Shown here: positions 1-10,560 of the stretch, piece after piece
Numbering within the stretch: the first letter of the stretch is position 1
Layout of the letters: every line of letters starts with the position of its first letter
Assembly: GCA_964561875.1 (NCBI GenBank)
Contig: CAZLQL010000002.1
Location: forward strand, 23,613-87,612
Length of the DNA stretch: 64,000 nucleotides
Reading direction: 5' to 3'
Source: an uncultured Candidatus Saccharibacteria bacterium
GTDB taxonomy: Bacteria; Patescibacteriota; Minisyncoccia; Phycocordibacterales; PALSA-1337
Program-made: the position numbers and the translations under genes
The notes under the pieces: model-generated
Seen by the model: only the letters and a program-made list of their open reading frames with translations
What the model was told of the DNA's origin: nothing
Database searches by the model: none

Positions 1-13
1 AAAGCTTTTAGTA

Positions 14-414
14 GTGCCCCACCACCTTCTCTAAAAGAGGGTACCTAAGGTGTAACTAATTACTACTTAGTTCATAACCGCTTGGTGCCCTACCACCTTC
101 TCTAAAGTAAGGTATCTGAGGTTGAGAAAAACAAGAAATGGAGGGAGGTTGTCTTGTGCCCCACCACCTTCTCTAAAGGAGAGTACCTGAGGTTTCATCC
201 AGTTTTTTTGTATAAAGCTTTTAGTAGTGCCCCACCACCTTCTCTAAAAGAGGGTACCTAAGGTGTAACTAATTACTACTTAGTTCATAACCGCTTGGTG
301 CCCTACCACCTTCTCTAAAAGAGGGTACCTAAGGTGCATTTATTGCACTACTATCCCCTTGTGCCATTGTGCCATTGTGCCCCACCACCTTCTCTAAAGT
401 AAGGTACCTGAGGT
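14..414. CRISPR. CRISPR-like repeat-spacer array (degenerate, possibly orphan/decaying); 6 repeats of 38 bp separated by spacers of 33, 33, 33, 33 and 41 bp; continues upstream beyond the window edge
   Basis: Repeats at 14-51, 85-122, 156-193, 227-264, 298-335 and 377-414 (consensus gtgccccaccaccttctctaaaagagggtacctaaggt). The 5' half is conserved and the 3' half degenerate (3-6 mismatches). Spacer 1 (52-84) equals spacer 4 (265-297). Spacer 2 resembles the trailer at 415-447. Bases 1-13 match the end of spacer 3. No cas genes in the window. Confidence 0.45.
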
Positions 415-713
415 TAGTAAGGAAAAACAAGGAGGGTGGTTTTCTGAGAATTTTCATCTCAGCTTCATGAAGCCATTTCAAGCTTCCGGCCCGGGCACGG
501 GGCATACTAGAGAATCCATCATCCTCTAGCTGCTATTTTAGAGAATGATACCTGGGCTTCCGAAGAAGTGTTAGGTATCCTTCTCAAATCTTTAGTTCTG
601 TCGAGGAACTGACAATAACTTACATTAAATATATAATCTTGTCAAATTATCTTTGCATTTTACTAAGATTTAAGGTAATCTAACTGTTACTTCTTAATAA
701 TTAATTTTAATTT

Positions 714-2858
714 ATGAATCGCGACTACCCATTAGAAAAAGTTAGAAATTTTGGAATCATAGCCCATATTGATGCAGGTAAAACTACTACATCAGAACGT
801 ATCCTTTACTATACAGGTATGATACATAAGATTGGTGAAGTTCATGATGGAGAAACTACTACTGACTGGATGGAACAGGAAAGAGAGCGTGGTATTACAA
901 TTACCGCCGCTGCTATTACATGTTTTTGGAATCCTTCATATATGCCAAAGGAGGATACTTCAAAGAAAGTTCGTTTCAATGTTATCGACACTCCGGGACA
1001 CATTGACTTTACTGTGGAAGTAAAGAGATCTCTTCGTGTGCTAGACGGTGCTGTTGTGGTATTTGATGGAGTTGCTGGAGTAGAACCTCAATCAGAAACA
1101 AACTGGAGATATGCTGATGAAAGCAATGTGCCACGTCTATGTTTTATAAATAAAATGGATAGAATGGGTGCGTCATTTGAAAGATCATACGCATCTATAT
1201 TAGAGAGACTAAATAAAAGAGCTGTAAGATTTCAAATTCCTATAGGAACAGAAGGAGAACACAATGGTGTTATAGATCTTCTAAAGATGAAGGCTTATTA
1301 CTTCGATGGTGAAAAGGGAATAAATGTTATTGAAAAAGAAATTCCTGAAGCTTATCTTGCTGATGCAAAAAAGTATCATGCTGAGCTAGTAGAAAAATCT
1401 GTTGAGCATAATGATGTCCTAATGCAACAGTACCTTGATGGAAAAGAAATTCCAGTTGATGTTCTAAAGACAGAAATAAGAAAGTTGGTTATAGAAAATA
1501 AAATTTTCCCAGTATTCACTGGTTCTGCTCTAAAAAATGTTGGAGTTCAACTTGTACTAGATGCAGTTGTTGACTATCTACCAGCACCTACAGATCTAAA
1601 AGCTGTAAAAGGAATTGATCCAAATACAGGCGAAGAAATATTCAGAGGCCCATCTGACAATGAACCTTTTGCTGCGCTTGCTTTCAAACTTCAAAACGAT
1701 CCATTCGTAGGACAACTTACTTTCTTTAGAGTTTATTCAGGAACAATTGAAGCAGGTACATATATATACAACTCAACTACAGGAAAAAAAGAGAGACTAG
1801 GACGTATTGTTCGTCTTCAAGCTGATAAGAGAGAAGAAGTTAAAAAAGTCTTTGCAGGAGAGATCGCAGCTGCAGTAGGTCTAAAGGATGCACTTACTTC
1901 ACACACATTCTGTGACGAAGAAAAACCAATCATACTAGAAGCAATAAAATTCGTTGATCCAGTGGTATCACTACGTATTGAACCAAAGACAAAGGCTGAT
2001 CAAGAAAAAATGGGTATGGCACTTCGTAAACTTACAAATGAAGACCCTACTTTCAAAGTAAGTTCAAATCCTGAAACTGGCGAAACACTAATCGCAGGTA
2101 TGGGAGAGCTACATCTTGAAATTATGGTTGATCGTATGAAGAGAGAGTTTGGTGTCGAAGCAAATGTTGGTAAACCTCAAGTAGCATACAGAGAAACAAT
2201 TCTTGGTACTGCTGAAGCTGAACACAAATACATCAAGCAATCTGGAGGTAAGGGACAATACGGTCACGTAAAGATTACAATATCTCCAATGAAAGCTATT
2301 GAACCTGGAGCAAAAATTCCAAAGAATGTAAGTCGTTATGATGATTTCGAATTTATCGACTCAATCAAGGGAGGAGTTATTCCACAAGAATTCATCCCAG
2401 CAGTTGAAAAGGGAGTACATGAAGCTATGGATAGAGGTATAGTCGCTGGATACAAGATGGTAAATGTAAGTTGTGAACTAACATTTGGTTCATACCACGA
2501 CGTAGACTCTTCAGAAATCGCTTACAAGATAGCTGGTTCTCAGGCTTTCCAAGAAGCTGCAAGAAGAGCAAGACCAGTTATTCTAGAACCTATCATGAAG
2601 GTTGAGGTTCTATTCCCAGAAAAATACATGGGAGATATCACTGGTTCTATATCATCAAAGAGAGGAACTATAGAAGAAATGACAGAGAGAGGACAAGCAA
2701 AAGTGCTTCATGCCAAGGTTCCTCTATCAGAAATGTTCGGCTATACAACTCAACTACGTTCTATGACTTCAGGACAGGGAAGCTCTACAATGGAATTTGA
2801 CCACTATGAGGTAGTTCCACCAAATATAGAGAAAGAGATAGCTGAAGCAAGAAAATAA
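714..2858 (+). CDS. fusA: translation elongation factor G
   Basis: 714-aa ORF with an N-terminal G-domain (AHIDAGKTT, DTPGHIDF) and full-length EF-G architecture. Confidence 0.95.
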   Translation: MNRDYPLEKVRNFGIIAHIDAGKTTTSERILYYTGMIHKIGEVHDGETTTDWMEQERERGITITAAAITCFWNPSYMPKEDTSKKVRFNVIDTPGHIDFTVEVKRSLRVLDGAVVVFDGVAGVEPQSETNWRYADESNVPRLCFINKMDRMGASFERSYASILERLNKRAVRFQIPIGTEGEHNGVIDLLKMKAYYFDGEKGINVIEKEIPEAYLADAKKYHAELVEKSVEHNDVLMQQYLDGKEIPVDVLKTEIRKLVIENKIFPVFTGSALKNVGVQLVLDAVVDYLPAPTDLKAVKGIDPNTGEEIFRGPSDNEPFAALAFKLQNDPFVGQLTFFRVYSGTIEAGTYIYNSTTGKKERLGRIVRLQADKREEVKKVFAGEIAAAVGLKDALTSHTFCDEEKPIILEAIKFVDPVVSLRIEPKTKADQEKMGMALRKLTNEDPTFKVSSNPETGETLIAGMGELHLEIMVDRMKREFGVEANVGKPQVAYRETILGTAEAEHKYIKQSGGKGQYGHVKITISPMKAIEPGAKIPKNVSRYDDFEFIDSIKGGVIPQEFIPAVEKGVHEAMDRGIVAGYKMVNVSCELTFGSYHDVDSSEIAYKIAGSQAFQEAARRARPVILEPIMKVEVLFPEKYMGDITGSISSKRGTIEEMTERGQAKVLHAKVPLSEMFGYTTQLRSMTSGQGSSTMEFDHYEVVPPNIEKEIAEARK

Positions 2859-3093
2859 AATATAGTTAAAATAAATAGCAGTTGTGGATAACTACGATTG
2901 CAAAGAAAAATATAAGTAGTATTCTTATCACTAAGAGACACTACTCGAAAATCGGGCACAGGAAACTGGCTCGAATTTTTCTTTTTATAAACTGCTTGGA
3001 TATATAAAATATCTATATCTTATCGATAATTTATATAGTATTTAAAGGCAGATGTATTGATCAGTGTAAATTATAAGTTATTAAAAAATAAAA

Positions 3094-4509
3094 ATGTTCT
3101 CACAGCACCACAAACATGTAATTGCAGTAGCTATCCTTATGGTAGCTTCTTATTCATTGCCTCAAGTAAAACAGGCTTTAGCAGTTACAAATATAGATAT
3201 GGCAAGTTGTCCGATAGGGTATATATGTGAACCAAAGGTAAATACTTCATATTCTACTGTGACACCAAAAGTTGAACAGTCTGCTCCAACTGCTGTTCCA
3301 ATAATAGTGGCAAGTCAGAAAGAGGTAGGTCAGAAGTATTGTTATACATTTAATCAAAACCTAGATTCAGATAATCTAGGTAATGGTATATCTATAGAAA
3401 AGAGTAGTGGTGTATCTCTTTTCAATCTTCAAACAATTTTGCAAGATAAAGAAAATATAAATGTAGATAATAATGAGAGAGATATAAAAAATCCAAAATT
3501 TGGTAATTCAACAAAATCTGCTGTAATAGCTTTTCAAAAGAAGTATGGTATTCCTGCAATAGGGGTTGTAGGACCAATGACTCGTGCAAAATTAAATAAG
3601 ATATATGGTTGTGGTAATGATAATGTTTTATTAAATAAAGTTTTGCCAACTACTACACTATCAAATAGTGCAAATAATGTAGGACCACAAAATAAAACTC
3701 TACCAGTATCTGAAAAAGCAAAATATTATTCAAATACATCTATAAGTAATGTAAATATCATAGATTCAAAGACATATTCTAAACTTGTTGATGGATCAGT
3801 GGTTACAAAGGGAAATACATATAGAATAACTTGGGATGCATCAGAAGTCCCTGAGAGTGCAAGATTTACTATAATATTTCAGTCACCAACAGATCCAAGT
3901 GTTTATGGTGTTATGAGAACTGGTTTGATCGATGCAAGTAAGAGATATTATGATTGGAAAGTTGAAAGTACATTCCAAGATAATGTAAATATAAGAATAA
4001 TAGTAGAGGTAGGTAGTTTGAGAGCGTATTCACCATTAATAAAAATATCATCGCCTACTGCTAACAGTACTATATTGGATGCGGGATTGGACTCAACTGC
4101 AAATCCTAAAACTTCAGAATATAAGAAGACTGAAGTTGAAAAATCTCCCTCATCTATATCATTGATACCAGGTATCAAAACTATGTATCCAAGTTCAGGT
4201 GCACCAGGTACAAAAGTAACACTTACACTTTCAAATCCAAAAAGGGAAATAGTGTCTTATGGCGATTTTAACTTCGGAAATTTTGGCTTACCAAATTTCA
4301 CAAATACAAATAATGAAGTTATAACATTTACAGTTCCAAACGATGCAAAAGCAGGAATTTATGAAGTTGTTTGGTTTAGTTCAACAGATATGTATGTAAC
4401 AAAATTCAATGTTATTTCACAATCTGCTCCTGTATCTAAAGCTGGTGGATGGCATTATGTAGCGTCAGTTTTCGACACAGTCATTACTCTCGCTTCTATA
4501 GTTATGTAA
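3094..4509 (+). CDS. secreted protein with a putative peptidoglycan-binding (PG_binding_1-like) segment and a C-terminal Ig-like (IPT/TIG-like) domain
   Basis: Signal-peptide-like N-terminus. The motif AVIAFQKKYGIPAIGVVGPMTRAKL resembles PG_binding_1. The C-terminal ~90 aa (SGAPGTKVTLT...VVWFSS) is paralogous to the C-terminus of ORF 46026-47846. Confidence 0.55.
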   Translation: MFSQHHKHVIAVAILMVASYSLPQVKQALAVTNIDMASCPIGYICEPKVNTSYSTVTPKVEQSAPTAVPIIVASQKEVGQKYCYTFNQNLDSDNLGNGISIEKSSGVSLFNLQTILQDKENINVDNNERDIKNPKFGNSTKSAVIAFQKKYGIPAIGVVGPMTRAKLNKIYGCGNDNVLLNKVLPTTTLSNSANNVGPQNKTLPVSEKAKYYSNTSISNVNIIDSKTYSKLVDGSVVTKGNTYRITWDASEVPESARFTIIFQSPTDPSVYGVMRTGLIDASKRYYDWKVESTFQDNVNIRIIVEVGSLRAYSPLIKISSPTANSTILDAGLDSTANPKTSEYKKTEVEKSPSSISLIPGIKTMYPSSGAPGTKVTLTLSNPKREIVSYGDFNFGNFGLPNFTNTNNEVITFTVPNDAKAGIYEVVWFSSTDMYVTKFNVISQSAPVSKAGGWHYVASVFDTVITLASIVM

Positions 4510-4576
4510 TTGTTAACACAATATAATTGTCTTATTGTGTTAAAATAGTTGGGTAATATTATTTATAATTATTTAT

Positions 4577-5773
4577 ATGAAAATTAAAAATAGATTTTTT
4601 GTGGTAATGCTTGCATTTTTGATAGTAGGTATTCCACTTGTTTCTTTTGGACAAAATCAAACTATTACTTGTCCTCAAAATTTAATATGTACACCTATAC
4701 CTCCACAACCCGCTGGTTGTCCTGTAGGTTTTACTTGTAAGTTAAATATAGTCGGTACAGATCCTAATGTGGCTGTTCTAATTACTAATACAAGTACATA
4801 TTCACCGGTTGCTAAGTCTGTTTTACCTGATAGTAATGTCTTACTAGGTGTATTTGAAATAACAGATATGAATAAGACATCTACCTTAAAGTCTATATCT
4901 TTTAATATACCAGTTTCAGGGAGATTACCTGCGGATATATTTAATAATCTATACATAAAATCTGGAGACAAAATTGTACCCGCTGATTCTATAAGTTCAA
5001 ATCCTAAATTCTCAAATATCGATAAAATTTTAAGTAGAGATACTACATATACTTTAGCTGTATATGGAGATGTTAAGTCAAACACACCAGATAATACAAA
5101 AGTGTATGTTAGATTGAATGCTGCCAACTCAACAATATATGCCGTTGACTCTGATGGTGTAGCAGCAAAGGTGACTGAGCAGATATCAACATCTAGCACC
5201 ACGACATTTGTGGGTAAGGTTGCTGTATCTAATGTAAGTGCAAAAGCAGAATCAATAGATAATGGAACTTCTCGTCCTAATTTAGCTTCTATCAATATTG
5301 AATTTAATGTAGATAATCTATCTAATAAAGATGTGTTTATAAGTAAGAATCCAAATATAGCACTATCAACATCTTCAACACCAATTAATTCAATTGTGGG
5401 ATTAAAATTCGCTACACCTAATCCTCAAATTTTATCTGGTGACACAGCTGAATCTTATGTGATACCAGCAAATTCTTCAAGAAAATTCTCTTATCTTGGA
5501 GTTATGCTTAGACCAGTAAATGGTGGAGCTGTTTCATTTAAGATATCTCGTCTAAAGTATGGATTTAATTCAAAAAATGGTTTACCAGAACCAGTATTAG
5601 CTACACCAAATACAAATACTGAAAGTAATACTACTTATGATTTTAGAAATATTGGTATTACATATACCCTGGCAACAAGTGACGATGATAATAATATTCT
5701 AGCAACTAGAAATCTTCGCGATAGTTTAGTTGCTTCTGTGTTCGGTTTTGCTAAATTGATATTAGGTTTCTAG
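4577..5773 (+). CDS. secreted hypothetical protein (Cys-rich N-terminal motif)
   Basis: Signal peptide MKIKNRFFVVMLAFLIVGIPLVSFG. CP..C motifs similar to those in the preceding ORF. Low GC, so it is native-looking. Confidence 0.5.
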   Translation: MKIKNRFFVVMLAFLIVGIPLVSFGQNQTITCPQNLICTPIPPQPAGCPVGFTCKLNIVGTDPNVAVLITNTSTYSPVAKSVLPDSNVLLGVFEITDMNKTSTLKSISFNIPVSGRLPADIFNNLYIKSGDKIVPADSISSNPKFSNIDKILSRDTTYTLAVYGDVKSNTPDNTKVYVRLNAANSTIYAVDSDGVAAKVTEQISTSSTTTFVGKVAVSNVSAKAESIDNGTSRPNLASINIEFNVDNLSNKDVFISKNPNIALSTSSTPINSIVGLKFATPNPQILSGDTAESYVIPANSSRKFSYLGVMLRPVNGGAVSFKISRLKYGFNSKNGLPEPVLATPNTNTESNTTYDFRNIGITYTLATSDDDNNILATRNLRDSLVASVFGFAKLILGF

Positions 5774-5932
5774 TACTAACATATATATTTGACTTTAAAA
5801 TGTGTACTGTGCTACTATAGCCAGTACGCATTTTTCTTTGCGTTCATTACTTATTAATTAACAATTTATCTTTAGTCTTGCTTCAACTGGCATTCACGCC
5901 CGATTGAAAAAGGACTAAAGCACTAAAATCAT

Positions 5933-7117
5933 ATGGCAGAATTCAATCGTACAAAGCTTCATGTAAACGTTGGTACAATCGGTCACGTTGACCATGGTAA
6001 GACTACTCTTACTACATCAATTTTGGCTGTTCAAGCTAAGGATGGTCTTGCTCAAAACAAGGCTTATGCTGATATTGCAAAGGGAGGTACAGTAAGAGAT
6101 GCTTCAAAGATCGTTACTATTTCTCTAGCTCACGTAGAATATGAGTCAGCAGCTCGTCACTATGCTCACATAGATGCACCAGGACACGCAGACTACATAA
6201 AGAACATGATTACAGGTGCCGCTCAGATGGACGGTGCTATTCTAGTAGTTTCAGCACAAGATGGAGTTATGCCACAAACAAGAGAGCATATCCTTCTAGC
6301 AAAGCAGGTTGGTGTTCCAAGAGTTGTAGTTTTCCTAAACAAGTGTGATATGGTTCCAGAAAAGGACCTTATAGACCTAGTTGATGAAGAAGTGCGTGAA
6401 CTTCTTACAAAGAACGGTTTTGATGGAAAAAATGCTCCAGTTATACGTGGTTCAGCCCTAAAGGCTCTTGAAGGTGATCCAGAGTGGGTAGCAAAGATCA
6501 AGGAACTTATGAACGCTCTTGATACATATATACCAAACCCAGTTCGTGAAGTTGATAAGCCATTCCTAATGCCTATAGAAGACATCTTCTCAATAGAAGG
6601 TCGTGGAACTGTAGTAACAGGACGTATTGAAAGAGGTGTGATAAAAGTTGGAGAAGAAGTTGAAGTTATAGGTTTCAGAGATACTTCAAAGACAACTATC
6701 ACAGGTATAGAAATGTTCAATAAGTCTCTAAAAGAAGGTATTGCCGGAGACAATGCTGGACTTCTACTAAGAGGTACATCAAAGGATGATGTTACTCGTG
6801 GTATGGTTCTTGCAAAGACAGGATCAGTTAAGCCTCATACAGAATTCGAATCAGAAGTATACATCCTAAAGAAAGAGGAAGGAGGAAGACATACACCATT
6901 CTTCACAGGATATAAGCCTCAGTTCTATATCAGAACAACAGACGTAACAGGAGAAGTAACACTAGCTACTGGAGTAGAAATGGTTATGCCAGGAGATACA
7001 GTTACATTTAAGGTTAAGCTTGTTTCACCAGTTGCCCTAGAAGATAAGCAAAGATTTGCTATTCGTGAAGGAGGTAAGACAGTAGGTGCTGGAGTTATAA
7101 CAAAGATAGTTGCATAA
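5933..7117 (+). CDS. tuf: translation elongation factor Tu
   Basis: [15 protein letters not shown] and NKCD motifs; 394 aa. Confidence 0.95.
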   Translation: MAEFNRTKLHVNVGTIGHVDHGKTTLTTSILAVQAKDGLAQNKAYADIAKGGTVRDASKIVTISLAHVEYESAARHYAHIDAPGHADYIKNMITGAAQMDGAILVVSAQDGVMPQTREHILLAKQVGVPRVVVFLNKCDMVPEKDLIDLVDEEVRELLTKNGFDGKNAPVIRGSALKALEGDPEWVAKIKELMNALDTYIPNPVREVDKPFLMPIEDIFSIEGRGTVVTGRIERGVIKVGEEVEVIGFRDTSKTTITGIEMFNKSLKEGIAGDNAGLLLRGTSKDDVTRGMVLAKTGSVKPHTEFESEVYILKKEEGGRHTPFFTGYKPQFYIRTTDVTGEVTLATGVEMVMPGDTVTFKVKLVSPVALEDKQRFAIREGGKTVGAGVITKIVA

Positions 7118-7126
7118 TACAATCTC

Positions 7127-7507
7127 ATGACTACTGCTACAAAAGAAGTAAAAAAGAAAGTAACACGAGCAAAAGCTATAAAGGCACCAGTAGAAGGTGA
7201 TGGAGCAAGACTACGCATACGTGTACGTGCTTATGAGCACAAGATTCTTGATGCTTCTTTGAAGCAGATTATGGATACTGCTATCAGATATGATATGAAG
7301 TTCTATGGTCCTATACCACTCCCAACAGAAATAAAGAAATATACAGTAAACAGAGCTGCATTCGTATACAAAAATACTCGTGAACAGTTCGAAATGAGAG
7401 TACACAAGAGACTTATAGACATAATAAATCCAAATCAGAAGATCATCGAAGCACTTACAAACCTTAGTCTACCTGGGGGTGTAAACATAGATGTAAAAAT
7501 GATGTAA
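7127..7507 (+). CDS. rpsJ: 30S ribosomal protein S10
   Basis: [13 protein letters not shown]...[10 protein letters not shown] is S10-like; first gene of the S10 operon order. Confidence 0.9.
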   Translation: MTTATKEVKKKVTRAKAIKAPVEGDGARLRIRVRAYEHKILDASLKQIMDTAIRYDMKFYGPIPLPTEIKKYTVNRAAFVYKNTREQFEMRVHKRLIDIINPNQKIIEALTNLSLPGGVNIDVKMM

Positions 7508-7530
7508 TCATTATATTAATTAATACTGCA

Positions 7531-8136
7531 ATGAAATTTATTCTTGGACGAAAGCTAAATATGACTCAGATATTCGACAAAGATGGTGTTGTTCAACCAA
7601 CAACTCTAGTTGAAGCTAGTCCTATAGTTGTAACACAAGTTAAGACAAACGAGTCTGATGGTTACAATGCTGTACAAGTTGCAAGTGGAGCAAAAAAGGT
7701 AGAAAGACTAAATAAGGCTCTTAAGGGACATATGAAAGATCTAGGTGCTTTTGCTTCTCTTAGAGAATTTAGAGTTAATGAAGTAAATCATAAGGTTGGA
7801 GATAAGATAGACTTAGCACAATTCAAAGAGGGTGATTCTATAGAAGTTAGTGCAATTTCAAAGGGAAAAGGCTTCCAAGGAGTAGTTAAGAGACATGGTT
7901 TCGGTGGAGGTCCTCGTACACACGGTCAGAAGCACTCAGAGAGAGAGCCAGGATCTATCGGAGGAGGTCTTAGAAATAAGGTTCCAAAGAAAATGAGAAT
8001 GGCAGGAAGAATGGGTAGTGATAGAGTTACAATAAAGAATTTGAAAGTATTACACGTAGATCAAAATACAAATATTCTTTATATCTCTGGTGCAATTCCT
8101 GGTAAAAGAGGAACACTGGTTGAAATAATCGGATAA
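7531..8136 (+). CDS. rplC: 50S ribosomal protein L3
   Basis: GRKLNMTQIFDKDG...KGKGFQGVVKRHGF is L3-like. Confidence 0.9.
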   Translation: MKFILGRKLNMTQIFDKDGVVQPTTLVEASPIVVTQVKTNESDGYNAVQVASGAKKVERLNKALKGHMKDLGAFASLREFRVNEVNHKVGDKIDLAQFKEGDSIEVSAISKGKGFQGVVKRHGFGGGPRTHGQKHSEREPGSIGGGLRNKVPKKMRMAGRMGSDRVTIKNLKVLHVDQNTNILYISGAIPGKRGTLVEIIG

Positions 8137-8157
8137 AAATGATAGAAAGACAAAACA

Positions 8158-8823
8158 ATGGAAACAAAAATGGAAACAAAAATACATAATCAAAGAGGAG
8201 AAGAAGTTGGAAAGATAAGTCTACCAACAGAAGTATTTGGTCTACCATGGAACTCAAACCTAGTTCATGGAGTGGTTGTTTCTATGATGTCATCTAGTCG
8301 TGATCCTATTGCTCATACAAAGACTCGTGGTGAGGTAAGTGGAGGAGGTAAGAAGCCATGGCAACAGAAAGGTACTGGTCGTGCTCGTCACGGATCTACA
8401 AGATCTCCTATATGGGTAGGTGGAGGTATCGCTCATGGTCCAAGAAATGATAAGAATTATGATAGAAAGATAAATAAGAAGACTAAAGCAAAGGCTTTGT
8501 ACACTATTCTCTCAAAGAAATTTAAAGACGGTGAATTGCTATTTATAGATTCAATATCTTTTGAAAAGCCAAAAACAAAAGACGCAAAGGTTACTGTTGA
8601 GTCATTTGGAAAAATAAAAGGTTTTGAAAAGTTTACAACTAAACCAAAAAATGTAGCCATAATAGCTATGGATAAAAAATCAGATAATGTTTCAAAGAGT
8701 TTTGGTAACTTCGGAAATATTTCTATAGAAGAATTTAGAAATATAAATCCAGTTTCTATCCTTAACCACAAGTATCTGGTTATTGTTAATCCAAAGGATA
8801 GTCTAAAAACTTTTAATAAATAA
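8158..8823 (+). CDS. rplD: 50S ribosomal protein L4
   Basis: KKPWQQKGTGRARHGS is L4-like. The start is duplicated (METKMETK), so the true start may be the second ATG at 8170. Confidence 0.9.
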   Translation: METKMETKIHNQRGEEVGKISLPTEVFGLPWNSNLVHGVVVSMMSSSRDPIAHTKTRGEVSGGGKKPWQQKGTGRARHGSTRSPIWVGGGIAHGPRNDKNYDRKINKKTKAKALYTILSKKFKDGELLFIDSISFEKPKTKDAKVTVESFGKIKGFEKFTTKPKNVAIIAMDKKSDNVSKSFGNFGNISIEEFRNINPVSILNHKYLVIVNPKDSLKTFNK

Positions 8824-8828
8824 AATAT

Positions 8829-9245
8829 ATGGCTTTATTCGGAATAAAAAAGAATACTGAAAGTAAGGTTGAGACAAAAAAGCCTGCTTCAAAAATAGCA
8901 AAGGTTACAAAGACTACAAAAAAGCCAGTTGTTAAGGCTGTAGCAGAAAGAGTAAATAAAGGAACAACAATTCAAAGTGATGTAATCATAAGACCTAGAA
9001 TAACTGAGAAATCAGGTTTAGCAATAGAATCAAGCAATATTTACACTTTCGAAGTAAAGAAAGATGCTACAAAGGAATCTATTTCTAAGGCAATAAAGAA
9101 TATGTATAAAGTTACACCTATAAAGGTTAGAACTATTCATCTTCCAGCCAAGGCAGTTTTTGTTAGAGGAAAACATGGTGTTCAATCATCTATAAAGAAA
9201 GCTCTAGTCTATTTAAAGAAGGGAGATAAGATAGAAATTGCATAA
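8829..9245 (+). CDS. rplW: 50S ribosomal protein L23 (Lys-rich N-terminal extension)
   Basis: IIRPRITEKS...VRGKHG core; operon position. Confidence 0.85.
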   Translation: MALFGIKKNTESKVETKKPASKIAKVTKTTKKPVVKAVAERVNKGTTIQSDVIIRPRITEKSGLAIESSNIYTFEVKKDATKESISKAIKNMYKVTPIKVRTIHLPAKAVFVRGKHGVQSSIKKALVYLKKGDKIEIA

Positions 9246-9264
9246 ATAAATTTATAATAAATAT

Positions 9265-10122
9265 ATGAAACACTATCACCCAACAACACCATCAAGACGT
9301 CACATGACAACACTTCCTTTCAAGAAGTATTTGACTACATCTGAACCTTATAAACCTCTTACAAAAGGTATGAAGAGAGACGTTGGAAGAAATAGCCAAG
9401 GTCGTATCACAGTAAGACACCAAGGAGGTGGACATAAGAAACTATATAGAGAAATAGACTTCTTCTACAATAAGAAGGATATGAAAGCTACTATAAAGAC
9501 TATTGAGTATGATCCATTTAGAACAGGCTATATTGCTCTAGTTCAATACGCTGACGGAGAAAGAAGATACATACTTGTACCAAAGACAATGAAGGTCGGT
9601 AATACATTCATGGTATCTGAGAATGCTCTAGTAGAAACAGGAAATAGATTACCTCTAAAGAAGATTCCAGTTGGAACATTTGTTTACAATATAGAAGTTA
9701 AGCCAAATGGAGGTTCAAAATTGGTAAGATCAGCTGGAACATTTGCTCAGGTTATTGCAAACGATGCTGGATATACACATATCAAACTTCCTTCAACAGA
9801 AGTTAGAAAAGTTCATGAAACTGCTTGGGCAAGTGTTGGTACTGTATCAAATGAAGAATCTCGTCTAGTTAATATAGGAAAAGCTGGACGTTCACGCTGG
9901 TTGGGTATACGTCCAACAGTTAGAGGATCTGCTCAGAACCCTGTGGATCACCCATACGGAGGAGGAGAACAGAGAACAGGTCGAGGTCTACGTAGACTAA
10001 AAACTCGTTGGGGTAAACCAGCAGGAAAGGGTCAGAAGACAAGAACACCAAAGAAATATTCAAATGTGTTCATTGTTTCAAGAAGAAAGGTTGGAAAAAA
10101 GTCAGCAAATGATCAGATATAA
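9265..10122 (+). CDS. rplB: 50S ribosomal protein L2
   Basis: GGGHKKLYREIDF, HPYGGGEQRT. Confidence 0.95.
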   Translation: MKHYHPTTPSRRHMTTLPFKKYLTTSEPYKPLTKGMKRDVGRNSQGRITVRHQGGGHKKLYREIDFFYNKKDMKATIKTIEYDPFRTGYIALVQYADGERRYILVPKTMKVGNTFMVSENALVETGNRLPLKKIPVGTFVYNIEVKPNGGSKLVRSAGTFAQVIANDAGYTHIKLPSTEVRKVHETAWASVGTVSNEESRLVNIGKAGRSRWLGIRPTVRGSAQNPVDHPYGGGEQRTGRGLRRLKTRWGKPAGKGQKTRTPKKYSNVFIVSRRKVGKKSANDQI

Positions 10123-10198
10123 TATCAAAAAAAGCTTATATTTCTTGACTTTAATCAATGATTTGCTAGTATTTGAAGACTTCAAACAAAAATAAAAC

Positions 10199-10546
10199 AT
10201 GTCACGATCACTAAAAAAAGGACCATATATCGAAGAAAGACTGCTAAAGAAAATAGCAGGTAAAAAGCCAATAGAGACTGGGGTTATTAAGACATGGTAT
10301 AGAAGAAGCCAGATTGCTCCTGAAATGGTCGGTTTTATTTTTGGTGTATACAATGGAAAGCAACATATAGAAGTTCTAGTCACCGAGGAAATGGTAGGAC
10401 ACCGCCTTGGTGAATTTTCTCCTACAAAGAAATTTATAAGACACGGAGGAAAGATGCAGAAGGAACTTGAAATGAAAGCTAAGGAAGCTGAGGTTAATGC
10501 TGCAAAAGCTGCTAAGGAAGCTGTTGCTTCACCAGCAAAAAAATAA
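10199..10546 (+). CDS. rpsS: 30S ribosomal protein S19 (C-terminal Lys/Ala-rich extension)
   Basis: [10 protein letters not shown]...[10 protein letters not shown]. Confidence 0.9.
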   Translation: MSRSLKKGPYIEERLLKKIAGKKPIETGVIKTWYRRSQIAPEMVGFIFGVYNGKQHIEVLVTEEMVGHRLGEFSPTKKFIRHGGKMQKELEMKAKEAEVNAAKAAKEAVASPAKK

Positions 10547-10560
10547 TTTAAATAAAAGCC

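Noticed and set aside
4675-5295. 206-aa antisense ORF inside the secreted-protein gene, and similar antisense ORFs inside fusA, tuf, ftsH, recG, pilB and ligA
   Set aside because: Each is fully embedded in the opposite strand of a confidently identified gene. They are typical shadow ORFs.
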